This document shows, in pieces, positions 37,601-49,600 of a DNA stretch of 64,000 nucleotides. This stretch comes from Raillietiella orientalis. Lineage: Eukaryota. Numbering within the stretch: the first letter of the stretch is position 1; the number at the start of each line of letters is the position of its first letter. The translations under genes were made by a program, and so were the position numbers. The stretch lies in NCBI GenBank assembly GCA_036172245.1, contig JAYWIR010000085.1, positions 186,001-250,000 on the forward strand, read 5' to 3'. The notes beneath the pieces are model-generated. The model did not search any database and was not told the origin of the DNA. It was given only the letters and a program-made list of their open reading frames with translations.

Positions 37601-40600
37601 GGGCTACTCAAACGGACTGTGGGCTCGTGTGGGCGGTGGGCGGAAATACGAGATCCTCAAGCAACAAGCGTGCAAGAAGTCAAGAATTGCCCGGATGCAC
37701 TATGTCGGGCCAGCACAGGAATCGTACACGTTCGTTGAGGTCTTCTGAACCAGCAGCAAGGATGAGCAGGGATCGGTGGATAATCAGCAGGTGGACGAAA
37801 ACACCCGAAGGAGTTAGAAAGCGGCACAGACGGGTGCCCATTTGCTTCTTTTTCCTGTATGAATCCGAAAATTCAGGAGGCAGAACTCTTTATTTTCCGG
37901 TTCGTCAGATCCGAGCGGCACATTTGGCGATTCCCAGATGACGCACACCTCTTCGCTAAAATCCTCTTCGTCAAAGCAAGTACGGCCGCTTTGCTGTAGC
38001 AGCGACAAATAGGGAACAGGGAACATTTTAAACGAGACAGGATTCCCCACTGCGCGAGGGCCGTAGTTCCGAAAGGCAGGAAACCGATCCCCTTTTCACG
38101 GCCATTCCAGAGTGAGGGCACGCGTGGACCTCGTGAAACGAAGCTTCGCTCCGGGTAATCATGCAAACGCAGAAGCACAAGCCTCGATCCACTGGGAATT
38201 GCTTTCAGGCTTCCTCAAGTCGTTTGACAAAATGGGCTCTGATGCGGCGCCACGGAGGATTTTGACCTGCAAACAGGAACCGAACACGATTTTCTTCATG
38301 AATTGAGCCAATTGAAGAAAGCTTTCAGGCACTCTGAGAAGCATGAGGAGGAGCATGCACCCTTGCTGCTTTGTGAGGAATAAGGAGGATCCTATTCGAA
38401 TGGAGAAGCAAGAGGGGACACTCGCCTTGACTGATAGATCGGTCATCTTTTCTCCAAAGGGGCCTCCGCTCTTGATTCGGAAAAGCCATGCTTCGAAAAG
38501 GAGACCGGGCTCGCCACCATGAAACGGCGTTCGCTGCCATGACAATATTCCTTGCTCCCATACAGAACGTCGTCTTCTCGTGTGCGAAAGCCAATAGAGT
38601 GATCTGTGAAGTGGACGGGATTTTTGCATCATCACATGGTAATGATGACGTTCTTCTCTTATCTGCAAGTGTGAAACTCTTTCATTGCTTCAGTGTGCTT
38701 TCTGTTGTAACCAGAGTGGATGAGGTTTTGACATGCAATACTGTAGTCTCCCATGCTTTCTGCTCTTCGGTAATACTTTTTTTTTTTCCCCTCTTTCCAG
38801 CCATTTCCCTTCCATGGAGAAGATGGAAAAAAACCTACGTGAGATTACCCTGCCTGTTCTGCAAAAGGTTAGACGCTTAGAATCTTGAAGAGCGCGCTGA
38901 TTTCTATGAGCGGAGAGACTTGGTCAGAGAAGTCACGCCGAAGAAGTCTCGCCGTCTCTCACCTTTATTGCTTAGGAACCGGTAGTCTGGCATCTATCGC
39001 GCCAAACTCCTTCCGATGGGGCGATCCGGTTCTCAAGAAAGCAAGTCTCTTCTCTTGCAAGCGGTTCCTTAAAACGCATTCCGAAATGCTTGTTGTTTGT
39101 TCCCCTCATCCCATTTCGTCTTGGAGGGGTCTGCAATGGGGATCTTTGATGCACCAAACTGGAAGGCACCGGAAGCTGCTTCCATCTCCATCCTGAAGGG
39201 ATGGCACTGAGAAACTGGTGGAGCTCTGCCGTTCGAACAGAGCTTCGTTGATTCACGGGAGCGATTCGTGTGACTTTCCGTGGAACCCGATCGCGAACGA
39301 AATTGGAAATGGGAAGCCTTGGACAGTGTCTTCCAAAGGCGCTCCCATTGTAAGGATACGCGCTTCAGGGTTCCGTATATGCGAGAAGAATCTACGGCCT
39401 GTTGGATCGGTAGGGTCCCTGGATGATTAACGTTGTCATTCCCTGTCCTTGCTGAAGGACTGTTCGCAAGCAGCTCTTCGCTGCTTCGTTTCCAACGCGG
39501 AGAAATCGCCCTCATCTATCAGACTTGAATTTATATGAAACTACCTTCATCTTATCGGGTCTTCTAGGAGGGTGATAGGCTGCTGTCGTGATTGTCTTGA
39601 AAGTGCAGAGTATCCCGTTCCTGCACTTTCGTTTATGGGTGGACCTGGGAACGTAGGAAGAAAGGCTTTATGCTGGTGATGAGCCGCTGTCTACGGAAAG
39701 TGCAATTTGGCATGGGACTATTCGATATCCATAGCAGCAGTTTGTTGAAACAGTAGGAAAGCTGAGGAATGAGGGTGATAGCTCGGCGGTTACATAATGG
39801 GGTGGTTATGAATAAGCGGTGGATAGGTAGGTGTCCGTAAATGAGTAGGAGGTTATCAGTAACTAAAGTCACAGCGTTTCATTTTCGCCAACTTTTCGAT
39901 TCCAGTCCATCAGAGATGACTGTTCGGCTCAGAGCATCGTTGGCTTTTGATTTTCGAGAGCAGGAAGGGTTTCCGTGGAAACAGAACCGCACTCTTGAAG
40001 AAAGAAAGAATGTATATCCTCGCATCGACTGGGAAGTAGCAAGAGTTGAAGGTGGATTCCGTATGCAGAACCAAATCCTTAAGAAGCTTCGGAAATGAAA
40101 CATTCCGATGATTCATCTTCATGAAAACGGATGCTTGACTCACCGGAAGGTGATCACATCCTTGCGAAAGCAACTTGTTGCTGATGCTCTTTTCTCTGAG
40201 GTTCATGTTTTTTCAGAGCTGAAGAGGTTGCTCGCTACCGCTTCGTGCAAGTTAAACTATAATCAGAAAGCTGGATGCAATAAGGGAATTTTCCAAGTAC
40301 TTAAGTAATCTGAAACTTTCGATAGTCGGAAACACCGTAGGGATCCTTCCTCCGTGAGCAAAATTGAAAGCTCTACTTGCAGATCTGAAGTTGGACAGCT
40401 CACTGTCTCGAGAGAGAGAACTCGATGTGAAATGATAAGAAAACTCGGGAAAGTCCATCCTGTCCATTTCGTTAGCCATCTCTTGCAACGTTGGCAGCGA
40501 TCCCATTTGCTATTTTCAAGTTCAGGGAGCGGCGTGACAGAGTATGTCATGTGAGATGCAGGTTTCGCCCTTAAGCGAAATGGTGGTAGGAGTCCAGACA

Positions 40601-43600
40601 AAGTTTTTGATGGAAGTCGCAAAAGCGGCGAAAATGCAGGCTTGGATGCAGAGATAAAACTGAATTAAACCAGGATGTGGGTTGCAGTTCGTCCCCAGAA
40701 ACTTTCAGAAATTTTTGTTCCACTTCCTAGATTGCGGCATTTTCTCATTTCTTGCTTGCTGATCACTTCCTCTGAAGCACCAACGACCTCTGCCAGTGAT
40801 TCAAAGCAGCTATTCCCCCAAATGCCCCACAAGGCTGCTGCATCACCCTCATTAGGACGTCTTGAATGGAAAGCAGGCTTCCTGTGTCGATTCCTCGATC
40901 CAGGCGTTTAATCACAGTCACAAGTCCTCGTAATACACAGCTTTCTGGGACTCCAAGCTCTGCATGGAACCGAAGAAAAGAGTCCCTCTACTGCCTTTGC
41001 TTCAGACAGCTAGGCTATTATGAATTGAGGATCAATCATTTCGTCGATACTTGATTCGAGACGGCTGGTTGCCACTCATTTTAGACCATTGAGTGTGGCA
41101 CCGGCAAAATAGGCCGTCGTCTCAGCGAGGCGCGGGCGCACAGCTACGTAGTCAAGTCGTGCCGGGAGAGGAGCACCGACCCTTAATCCCTCACGCGACG
41201 CCGAAGATCAAGCAAGCAGTTTTGAATAGGCGCAATGCAGAAATTCCCGGTGCGGAGAGGCAGGCTGAGTGTTCGAATCTTCCTGACAAAGCTCTCTCCT
41301 CAACGGGAAAGCCAAAGCATCTCTGGAAATCTTCAAAGTGCGAACGCTCGTGGAGAGAGCATGGAAGAAAAACGTGCGGCGTTGCGTTCACAAGGAGCTC
41401 GGAAGCTCTTCCGTGTCCATGCTGTCCCTAGGGTCAAGGAGTGATCTCGGAACGTGTTTCATCCAGAAGTTCAGCTCCTGCATGCTTAACTGTGGCCGCC
41501 TACCAGCCTCCAGAGCTTTTCGGAAGATCTTCCAGGGGTTCCTCTTTCGTCTTTCTCCTCATGCAAATAGGGTGAAGTTCTCCCCGATGGATCATCATTG
41601 GTCCATCCGTAGGTAACCCGTGGAATCCGCGTGCTAGATTGTACGGAAGCGAGGGATTCCAGGATAAGAGAACCGCGCGCAGAAGCTTCCCGTCTCCTTT
41701 GTCTGCGACCCTAGTATCACGCGCGGTTCAGTAGAATTGCGATGCGGAAAGACGGCCAGTTCAGCCGGAATTTCCAAGAAGGGTGCACTGTCTCCGAGAT
41801 GAAACCCTTCGATTTGGCAGTCAGACAAAATGACAAAAGGAAACGGCACTTCCTGGAATCCCCTATTGCTCTCATCTGTCTGCTGTCAAGAGTTTGGTGT
41901 GGAACCTAGAAAAATCCTCCTCTTGGTCTTCCTTATGACGAAACGGATTGGATCTTTGGGAGCAGGTATCCGTGGCAGCGGATTTACTTTCAAGTCGCAC
42001 CTTGGAAATCCAGCAGGCGCCACTTGCAAATGTTTGCGCGTTCAGCGTTCTTGAGGCGGTTCCAATGCAGGGTCCGTTCATCTGCTCTTGCCCCTACGAG
42101 TGCTTTGGCAAGTTTCTGCGAGAGGTGGGTACGCGATGTCGGGAAAGAAAAAGAGGAACTGAACGCCATGATTCTTTCAGTATCATCCTGCACTCGACTT
42201 CAGCAGGTTGCGTCCCTCCTTCTTCGGCGTTGTTTTCATCTGTATTTTTCCCATTTCCTGCCATCTTAACAAAAGCATTTTTGTAGAATCCAATCCGTTG
42301 GCCCCCCGGTCGGAGCGGGATTCCCCGGGATGCAGTCTGCGTGGTACGATGGATCATCGTCCTTATTCTTTGTTTGCATGACCTATCAAGCAGCTTTCTT
42401 CTTTGTTCTCCAAATCAAGATGACTTCTGTTCTTGATGCAGGCAGGGCTGGGTCCCGGTGCTTCCGCTAAAAAACGGCTTACTGCGGCAGTTTAGCGCTG
42501 CATCCGATGTCCTCGGCAATCATCTCCCCCCGATATCTCCGCGCCGTCGCGGGATCTTCAAGCATCTTAGTTCCTTTGCTGAGTAGCTGTGTATACGTCT
42601 TCCATATGCTGGTTTCCCAGGAGAGGTATTACGCTCCCCCTTCGAGGATCGGAGAGTGATCCCTCCCCTTCCGAGAAATGGGGCGGAGGGGTTCACCGTT
42701 CGGTGCTGATAAATCCACTCTGGAAAAAGACAAGAATGGCTATGAGATATATGCAGAGAAATCGCTCCTGGAAATACAGCTGCGGGCTGAAATCTCTCCT
42801 CTGAAAGTTACCCCTATCCTTTTGCCCTTCATCTGATATGAGTGGCCGGTACGGGGAGGAATCCCAAGAACTATCGATCTCCTACGCGTCTGTTGCCTAC
42901 GCTCACAGGGTGGTGTCCGAGGTGACCGTCTCGTTTGCCTGTTCTGAGCATCCCCTTCAACCTTTGCTGCTGGGACCTCTGTGAACTTACTAGAGTCGAC
43001 TGGCACCCTTCTAACTTCCCTCTTTTGCAGCTCTGAGGATTCCGTGCTCGCACGACTGTTTTCTCCATTCCCGGACGATGGGGGCTACCCAGATGAGCAG
43101 CAGCATGCTCATTGAGGAAGCTCGTCTCGTGATGGCTCCAGCAACACTCAGATTCCGCGGTCCCCATCTAGCTTCTGCTTGACTGATACTCTTTTCCAGC
43201 TGCTCTTTTTCTCATACGCGCACCAGTCGATCAATCGCATTATCCAATCACATTTGGGAGTCTCAAGGGGGGGAGAGGAGCGAAACTTGAAGGTTCCATA
43301 CAAAGGCAATCGCTGAAGGCACCAGGAGATGGGCCCCTTTAACGAGAAGGAGCGGTCGCTAATAGCGAGCTAACGAACACATGCACGATGATGCCCGTCT
43401 CTCTTTGGTCTCTCTGGGAGTAAGTCAGAGAGCGACTTTTTCGAGCTCTGGAGAGAACAGCCTCCTCCCCGAGGAAACTCCGCAGCTTTTCGATGTGCCT
43501 CTGCTCGTTCTGGCTTTGCTTCTTTGCCCCGTACACCTTCGCGGTAAGACTTGAGCGCCCACTTCCTGTACTGCTCCCGTTTTGGGGGATCACTCGCGAT

Positions 43601-46600
43601 CCAGCGAAATTTTCTGCCTCCTTCACAGGGAGTAGCAAAATCCGACTCCAGTAGATCGCGCTCTGAGGGCCGTAGAGGCACGCGGATCCAGAAGGGATGA
43701 AGGAAGATCTTTCGTTGCTCTTGCGCAAAGAGACCTGAGAGAAAGACGGCTTTTTAAGCCAAGCGTAAAGCTTTGCTCGGCTTCCTGCTCTGCCGATATT
43801 CTTGTGGCAGCTTCATGAGCTAGCGTTTTCCTGATGGCTGCTGCTTCCAGGGTAACTCTACAGAGCTTCTACTTTCTGCCCTTAAGGAAGTTGATCAAGT
43901 GATGCAAATCTTCGGTCGTAGCCAGAGTGGCTTACCGTATGGCTTTGGCTTTAGATTCAGCTTGACTTTGGTGCACTCTACGAGGTACTGGACGACACCT
44001 TGGCCCGGATCAGTTTCCTTGCTTTTTTCGACCTCTGCTGAAAAATGGAAACACCCTACTCGCTCCTTTACCCATTTCTCTTGGTGATCTTTGCTTGCGT
44101 TGTTGTGGTTGCCAGGGACGAAAACAAGATGATCACGAGGATGGGGTCACTCCCACTTTTCAGTTGCGCGTTTTCCGGATACAACCCTCATCATTCGTCC
44201 CCATCATAAGGAATGCGTCTTTTCAAATTGGAACGCTTTTCTAGCAAGAAATATTGAAAAAGAAGAAGCGGTTTAGAAGTAGATGGCGTCGCCACTGCTC
44301 TTGTGGCGACGAACTGCTTATCACCACGAGAGCACGGGCCTGAGGGCTAAGAGGCGGTCGGTTTTTCGGATTCGACTCTCCTCTAGTCACCGTCGCAGCA
44401 CCCAAACCGGAGAGATAGCCTTTCCCTCCTTCTATGGCATCACTTTCATATGCGAGCAGTGGGGGAGTTGCCTCGAGGTCTGTTGAGCAACCAAAGAGAC
44501 TTCGTGGAATAAGCTCTCCTTCTCCTCCTCGTTCTCTGCTACTATGTCGTAGAGTGAAGAGCCTGAAAGCTCACCGCGGACGAAAAAGGTTCTCCTGGAG
44601 TTCCACGATGGCACACGCTGACCTGGACTCTGGAGGGCATCACCATGAGCAAATGCTCATAGTCTCTGCGTCCAGCGACCACAACTACCAAAACTCTCGC
44701 AAGTGCTCACCAGTGAATGTTCCCAAAGTAAACGAACATGAAATAGAAGCTAAAAGGAAACTGCAAAGGAAGAGTCGGAACTTTCTCGATAGCTCTTCAT
44801 AGACTGCGGTTTGCGTGGCCATCAGCAGACCCGGTTACGCTGGGAAGCTACCAAATAAATCCCATGCAATGAATTGCGTTTTTAAGATCGAGCCGATCGA
44901 GATGATGGGATCATCAAAGGGTTTGTCACCACACTATAGCATGTGTCCCTTGCCTCAGAGGCCCGATTGTCATGACCTTGTGCCTACGCGTCTACGGGGA
45001 CCCATTTCAACGAGTGAGCTGGAGAACTTGGAACTGCTTTCTATTTGCTTGATTTCCCCACTCCTGAGCTTTTTCCCCGGATACATTCGTCTCTTCTGAT
45101 CATTGAGAGTGAGCAGTGAATCTCGGGTAACGAAGCGCTCCCTGGAAACCGCGGTAATTCTCGTGAATCAGTGGGGTTTACTGAGCTACAAGACTGCCGG
45201 ACCTTGCGATGTGCACACCGAGCGTTGCGCATGCGCATCCCAGAGGGTACCGTCACCTCCTCTCGCCCGCTCCCTCATTTCGACGTTCAACCACGCAGAA
45301 GCGAGGATCGCGAAGCTTCCGACTGCATTTTTGGCACAGTTTGCGTCTTTGTGATCGAATTGGTGGGATTTCGTACGCACGAAACTTCTTCCCTTTGCTT
45401 AACAAGAAAGGCGAGGAAAGTATTCCTGTTCTGATGTGGTTCGCGACCACACTTTGTTTGTTTGCTTGTTTTTCTTCCCTCCCCCCCTCTCCTTCTTTCG
45501 GAGGAGGAAGGACCAAACAGAAGTATGACGATGAGCCAGCAACACTCGCTATCACGATTGCCCATTGATTCGTGAGGCCGCCGTTGCTGACCAAACTTTC
45601 TGCCCTCCGTTTCATCGGGTCTCGAACGAAGCATCCAGCGGATTCGTGGGCAGACATCCTCCCGGAGAGCTGAAAGCTCGCAAGCAAGAGCTCTCTTGGA
45701 CACGCACGTTGTGTCATGCTCGTGTGAAAGCACATGCTCTTCGCGGTGTTGCTAAGGGCGCACCTGAACGCCGCCTACTCTCCCAACGAAACCAAGTTTC
45801 TCCTCACGTCACTGTCAGCATCCAACTGGAGCTGTTTCGCTCTGAATAGCAGAAGGAGTGAAAGATCTGCACTTCGCGTTTTGCGATTCGATTCGGAACT
45901 TGGTCAACCCGCCGCGTGTGTCTCGTGGCGATTGCTGCCGATTCATTGACCAGAGTTTCCAAAGGTTTTTCACCTATTCATCGCAGCACCACGCTGGTGG
46001 TGCCAAATTTTTTACAGATCCATGGAAACACCTCTCGAGTTCCCTCCTCCTAGTTCGAGATAAGAGTGCATCCTTGGACTTTCCGTGGACTGTAAAAAAA
46101 ACACCTGTGATTTTTGACAGTTCGCTGCATGCGTTCCATGAATGGAACATCGCTTTACACGTTGCGTCACCAGAAGGACGCTGCGTTTCCTACGAGCATC
46201 TATTGGATCAGCTTTTTCAAGAGCATCTCCTTCTGGCTCCACGATACTTCCCTCTTTGCACCCCGATATGCTGATTTACTCTCCTTCTTTGCCAACCGAA
46301 TTGAAGAAAAATGAAGGCATTCAGAAGTATATTCCTCTAAACGGGTCACGCCTTTTATGTATGCAGGCGTTCCGCATCATGCTGGACGGATTCGTGCTGG
46401 GTTGAGATCGTTGTCGCCTTGGCTGCAAACTTCGTTCAACCAGTCCGCTCGTCTCACCACCGAGAAACCGCGTTCTCTTCAAACCGCCCGCAGCACGAGA
46501 GACTGGAGGTGCTTTCCCTTCGAAAGATCCGATCGAGTGGGCTGGCTCGTGGCTCCACGTTTCCAGGCAACGTGAAAGGTTTTCCGTCGTGTGAGTCATG

Positions 46601-49600
46601 GCTGCAAACCAAACTCTCTCCTTTCAAAAAGAAAAAGAGGCCGTGATACTGGCTCTTCGTAGATTCATGGGGAAAGCACGGCGCGGGCACTTGTTTGCTG
46701 AAATCTAAAAGGACGTCAGAATCGCCATGGTGCGCCATTGGTTTGTATGTGATCCGTTTAGCCATCAGAGTACTTCTCGAACTGCTTCAACAGTCCTTAA
46801 GAATTTGAGGTCTTGCTTAGGATGACCCTGACACGTTACCCCAGAGTCTCATCGCTTTATTTTTGAGCTGCACACCTTCTCGTCCTACTTCTGCTCCTCA
46901 CATCTCCTACACAACGCTTCCTGCTCAATGATCCCATAGATGAGGCGAGTCATAAATCAGTCACATTCTCTCAGCAATAATCATTTCACGTTCATACTCT
47001 TGCATTCCGGTCGATTCCTGAGGTTCATTCGTGATCTGCTGGTACAGACCGCCTTTGGGAGATGGAAGGATGAGTGAGAGAGTAGATGGAATTTTCGATC
47101 TCGCCAAATTTAGGGTTCCACCCTTTTTGCATCCTTTGCTCATAAAAAGGATGCAAGCGAAACATGCAAAGAGGCGTGCAAGTAAGCATGCTGTCGGGAC
47201 TTGCCCGTTGACTGAGCACTCCGAGGGCCAGGAAAAGGAACGCCGCTTCACCTGAGAAAAGAATCACTCGGACGTTGATTCTTCCTCCTCCTTGAAAATG
47301 GCACTGTTTCAAATTGGCTCGATTGCGTTGCCCAAAGGAATGCATCCACACGTTCGACCTTTGTGGCGGATGCCTGTGCCTCATTCTTCCGTCTCAGTTT
47401 CGGGGTGCCAACCTCTTGGTCGCCACACGAAGATCCAGACAAAGGCAAGCCGCACTGTGCCGCGATTCCATATCGACGGCATTTACTGGCAATTCTCTCA
47501 AAGGTGCTGCCTTTTCGGATTGCTGTGCAACGCCTGGAATTCATCGTGAATGAGAGTTCATTCCGTGAGGGACGCGTTTTGGGGGAGCAGCGTCGGAAGG
47601 GGCTGAATCGTGCAAGCTGTGCGCCGGGACACTGCTTGCCGTTACCGTCTATCACTCTTTGCGCCTCCCTCGGAGGAGTTACTGGAAGCACGACAAAGCG
47701 AAGCGTTCTTGTCGTTCCTCAAGCCGCAGTCCTGCTGAACCTCTCGAGAATAGCTTTTCGAGCTGCAAAAAACATTTTGAAGTCCGAAAGAATGATGTGG
47801 AAATTTTTAGTTGATAGCAAAGCGCGGAGGTACAAAATCTGCTGTAACTCATGAGTTTCTGTTTTTATCCCCACAAGGACCTTCTCATCCTGGAGGAACA
47901 AGAAGGATGCGTGAACTTTAAGTTTGGGGTGGTCTACATGAAAGCCAGCCAGAAGACGGACGACGAAATACTGAGCAACGGTAACTTGTGCTTTTTACAG
48001 TGGTTGTGTGTGTGTTCTCCCCCCCCCCTTCCCCCCGAAAGGCAACTCCTGTCTTCCTGGTCCGTGTTCTCGGCATTCATACTCGTGGCACTCGCCCCGG
48101 TCTCGTGTTCGCAGCCGCTTCCCGCGCCTTCCAGAAATTTCCAGGTTTTCCAAAGCACTCGACCGAAAGGCAGAGGGAGTCATGAGCTCGACAGGGGGAG
48201 ATTTCCGGTCCTGGAAGGTCGACGGTGTGCGGGTCTTGGTGGGCGGTCGACGGACTCACCGTCCGTCGACGACCCACATGAAACTCCTGCATGCTGCCCG
48301 CCACCCCTTCTGCCATCTTGCCGATTCGACTCGAGTGCCTCGTCACATGAACTTTGTGCTCTCTGCCTGCAGATGGCCTTCGGCACGCGGACCTCGTGGC
48401 CTGTTGCTCTCAACTGCAAGTCATGGAAGGAAGGAAGACTTGAGCCCAAGGTCCGAGTGAATCTGCTTTCTCGCACTGAATCTCTCTCCCGGTGAGCGGA
48501 GGCTGTTCTCCTGTACTCGCAGATGTTTTTTGACAGATGCTATTCTGCCTTTGAAAATGTTTGCTCCACATCTCATGGATTCGACACCTGTACCTGCAGC
48601 AAACTTCTCGCTCCTCATGAGCGAGAAGGAACACACAGAATCAACAGAACCACTGGAAGCACAGCGGATGCAACGAAGGCAAGCATTCGTCGCAAGAGTA
48701 GGGGGTAGTGCTGTCTCCGGAAATGCGCGTGATGGTGCAAGAGGTAGCCAAGGTCTCCATGAGAAAGATGTGCATCGGGTAAAGCCGTGAAGAAGGAAGT
48801 AGAAGCTCTGCCAGGAGATCGCTCGCTTTTTGGATCCTGTAAGAGACCCAGAAAACGAGATGCAAGACCTGTAGGGATATGGTGACAGGAAAGGCGAATT
48901 TCAAGAAGGAAAAGCAATGAGATGTGCCCTCCGAGATGCGTCCTCATAGAAGATGAGGTCTTATTGAAGACCTTTGCAATGCATCCATCCTGATGAGTAC
49001 CTTCACAGAATCGAGAACGAAGTCAGAGGCTAGCGAAAAAAATTTCCCACGCATCACAAGTTTTTTTTGTTTTTTGAGGGACATCTTCGAAATTGTTTTT
49101 CATCAAGTGCTCTGATGTTATTTGGAGAAGCATGACTCCCATGACGAAAGAAGTTCTCACCAGTCACCACCAATCAACTTCTTCCGAACACTGCTGTGTC
49201 CCATTGAGCAAGGATGGTCTTGCGGATATCCAGCCCTTACCAAGGAGGGCAAGTTCCCCTCTCTGTCCTAGCTGAAGCACTCAAGAAAATGTCTCCCAGA
49301 AGTTTCACGTCTCGTGAAACTTCCGAAGTTGATGTGGATGCGAATGATTCCTTCTCCTGCAGCATTCTCATGTATGAACTCTGGAGCCGGTAATGGGAAC
49401 GAACCATTAAGAAAAGTTTCGAACTCTTACATCCCAGCTTCCCTGATGGAACTTATTCAGGATAAACTATAGATGCATAAAGAAATGTAGGAGAGATGGA
49501 GGAGACTTTTCAGTTTCCACCATCTCCTTCTGCCAAGCTTCGCTTGTCGATGAAGAAGAGTTGATGCACCATAAGTGTTGGGCTGAGGGTATTTTATAGA

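Noticed and set aside
39633..39872. Mitochondrial insertion (NUMT) suggested by strand-skewed composition
   Set aside because: No mitochondrial protein motif in any frame; a LINE fragment fits slightly better.
41445..41480. Peptide NVFHPEVQ (FHPEIQ in the inverted copy) resembling the GARNL3 motif EIFHPEIQK
   Set aside because: Preceded by an in-frame stop, lacks splice sites and lies in the repeat; the real exon for this segment is 38801-38867. Treated as coincidence.
48760..48890. piggyBac-like cysteine-rich tail ([11 protein letters not shown])
   Set aside because: Only one CxxC is intact; no transposase context.
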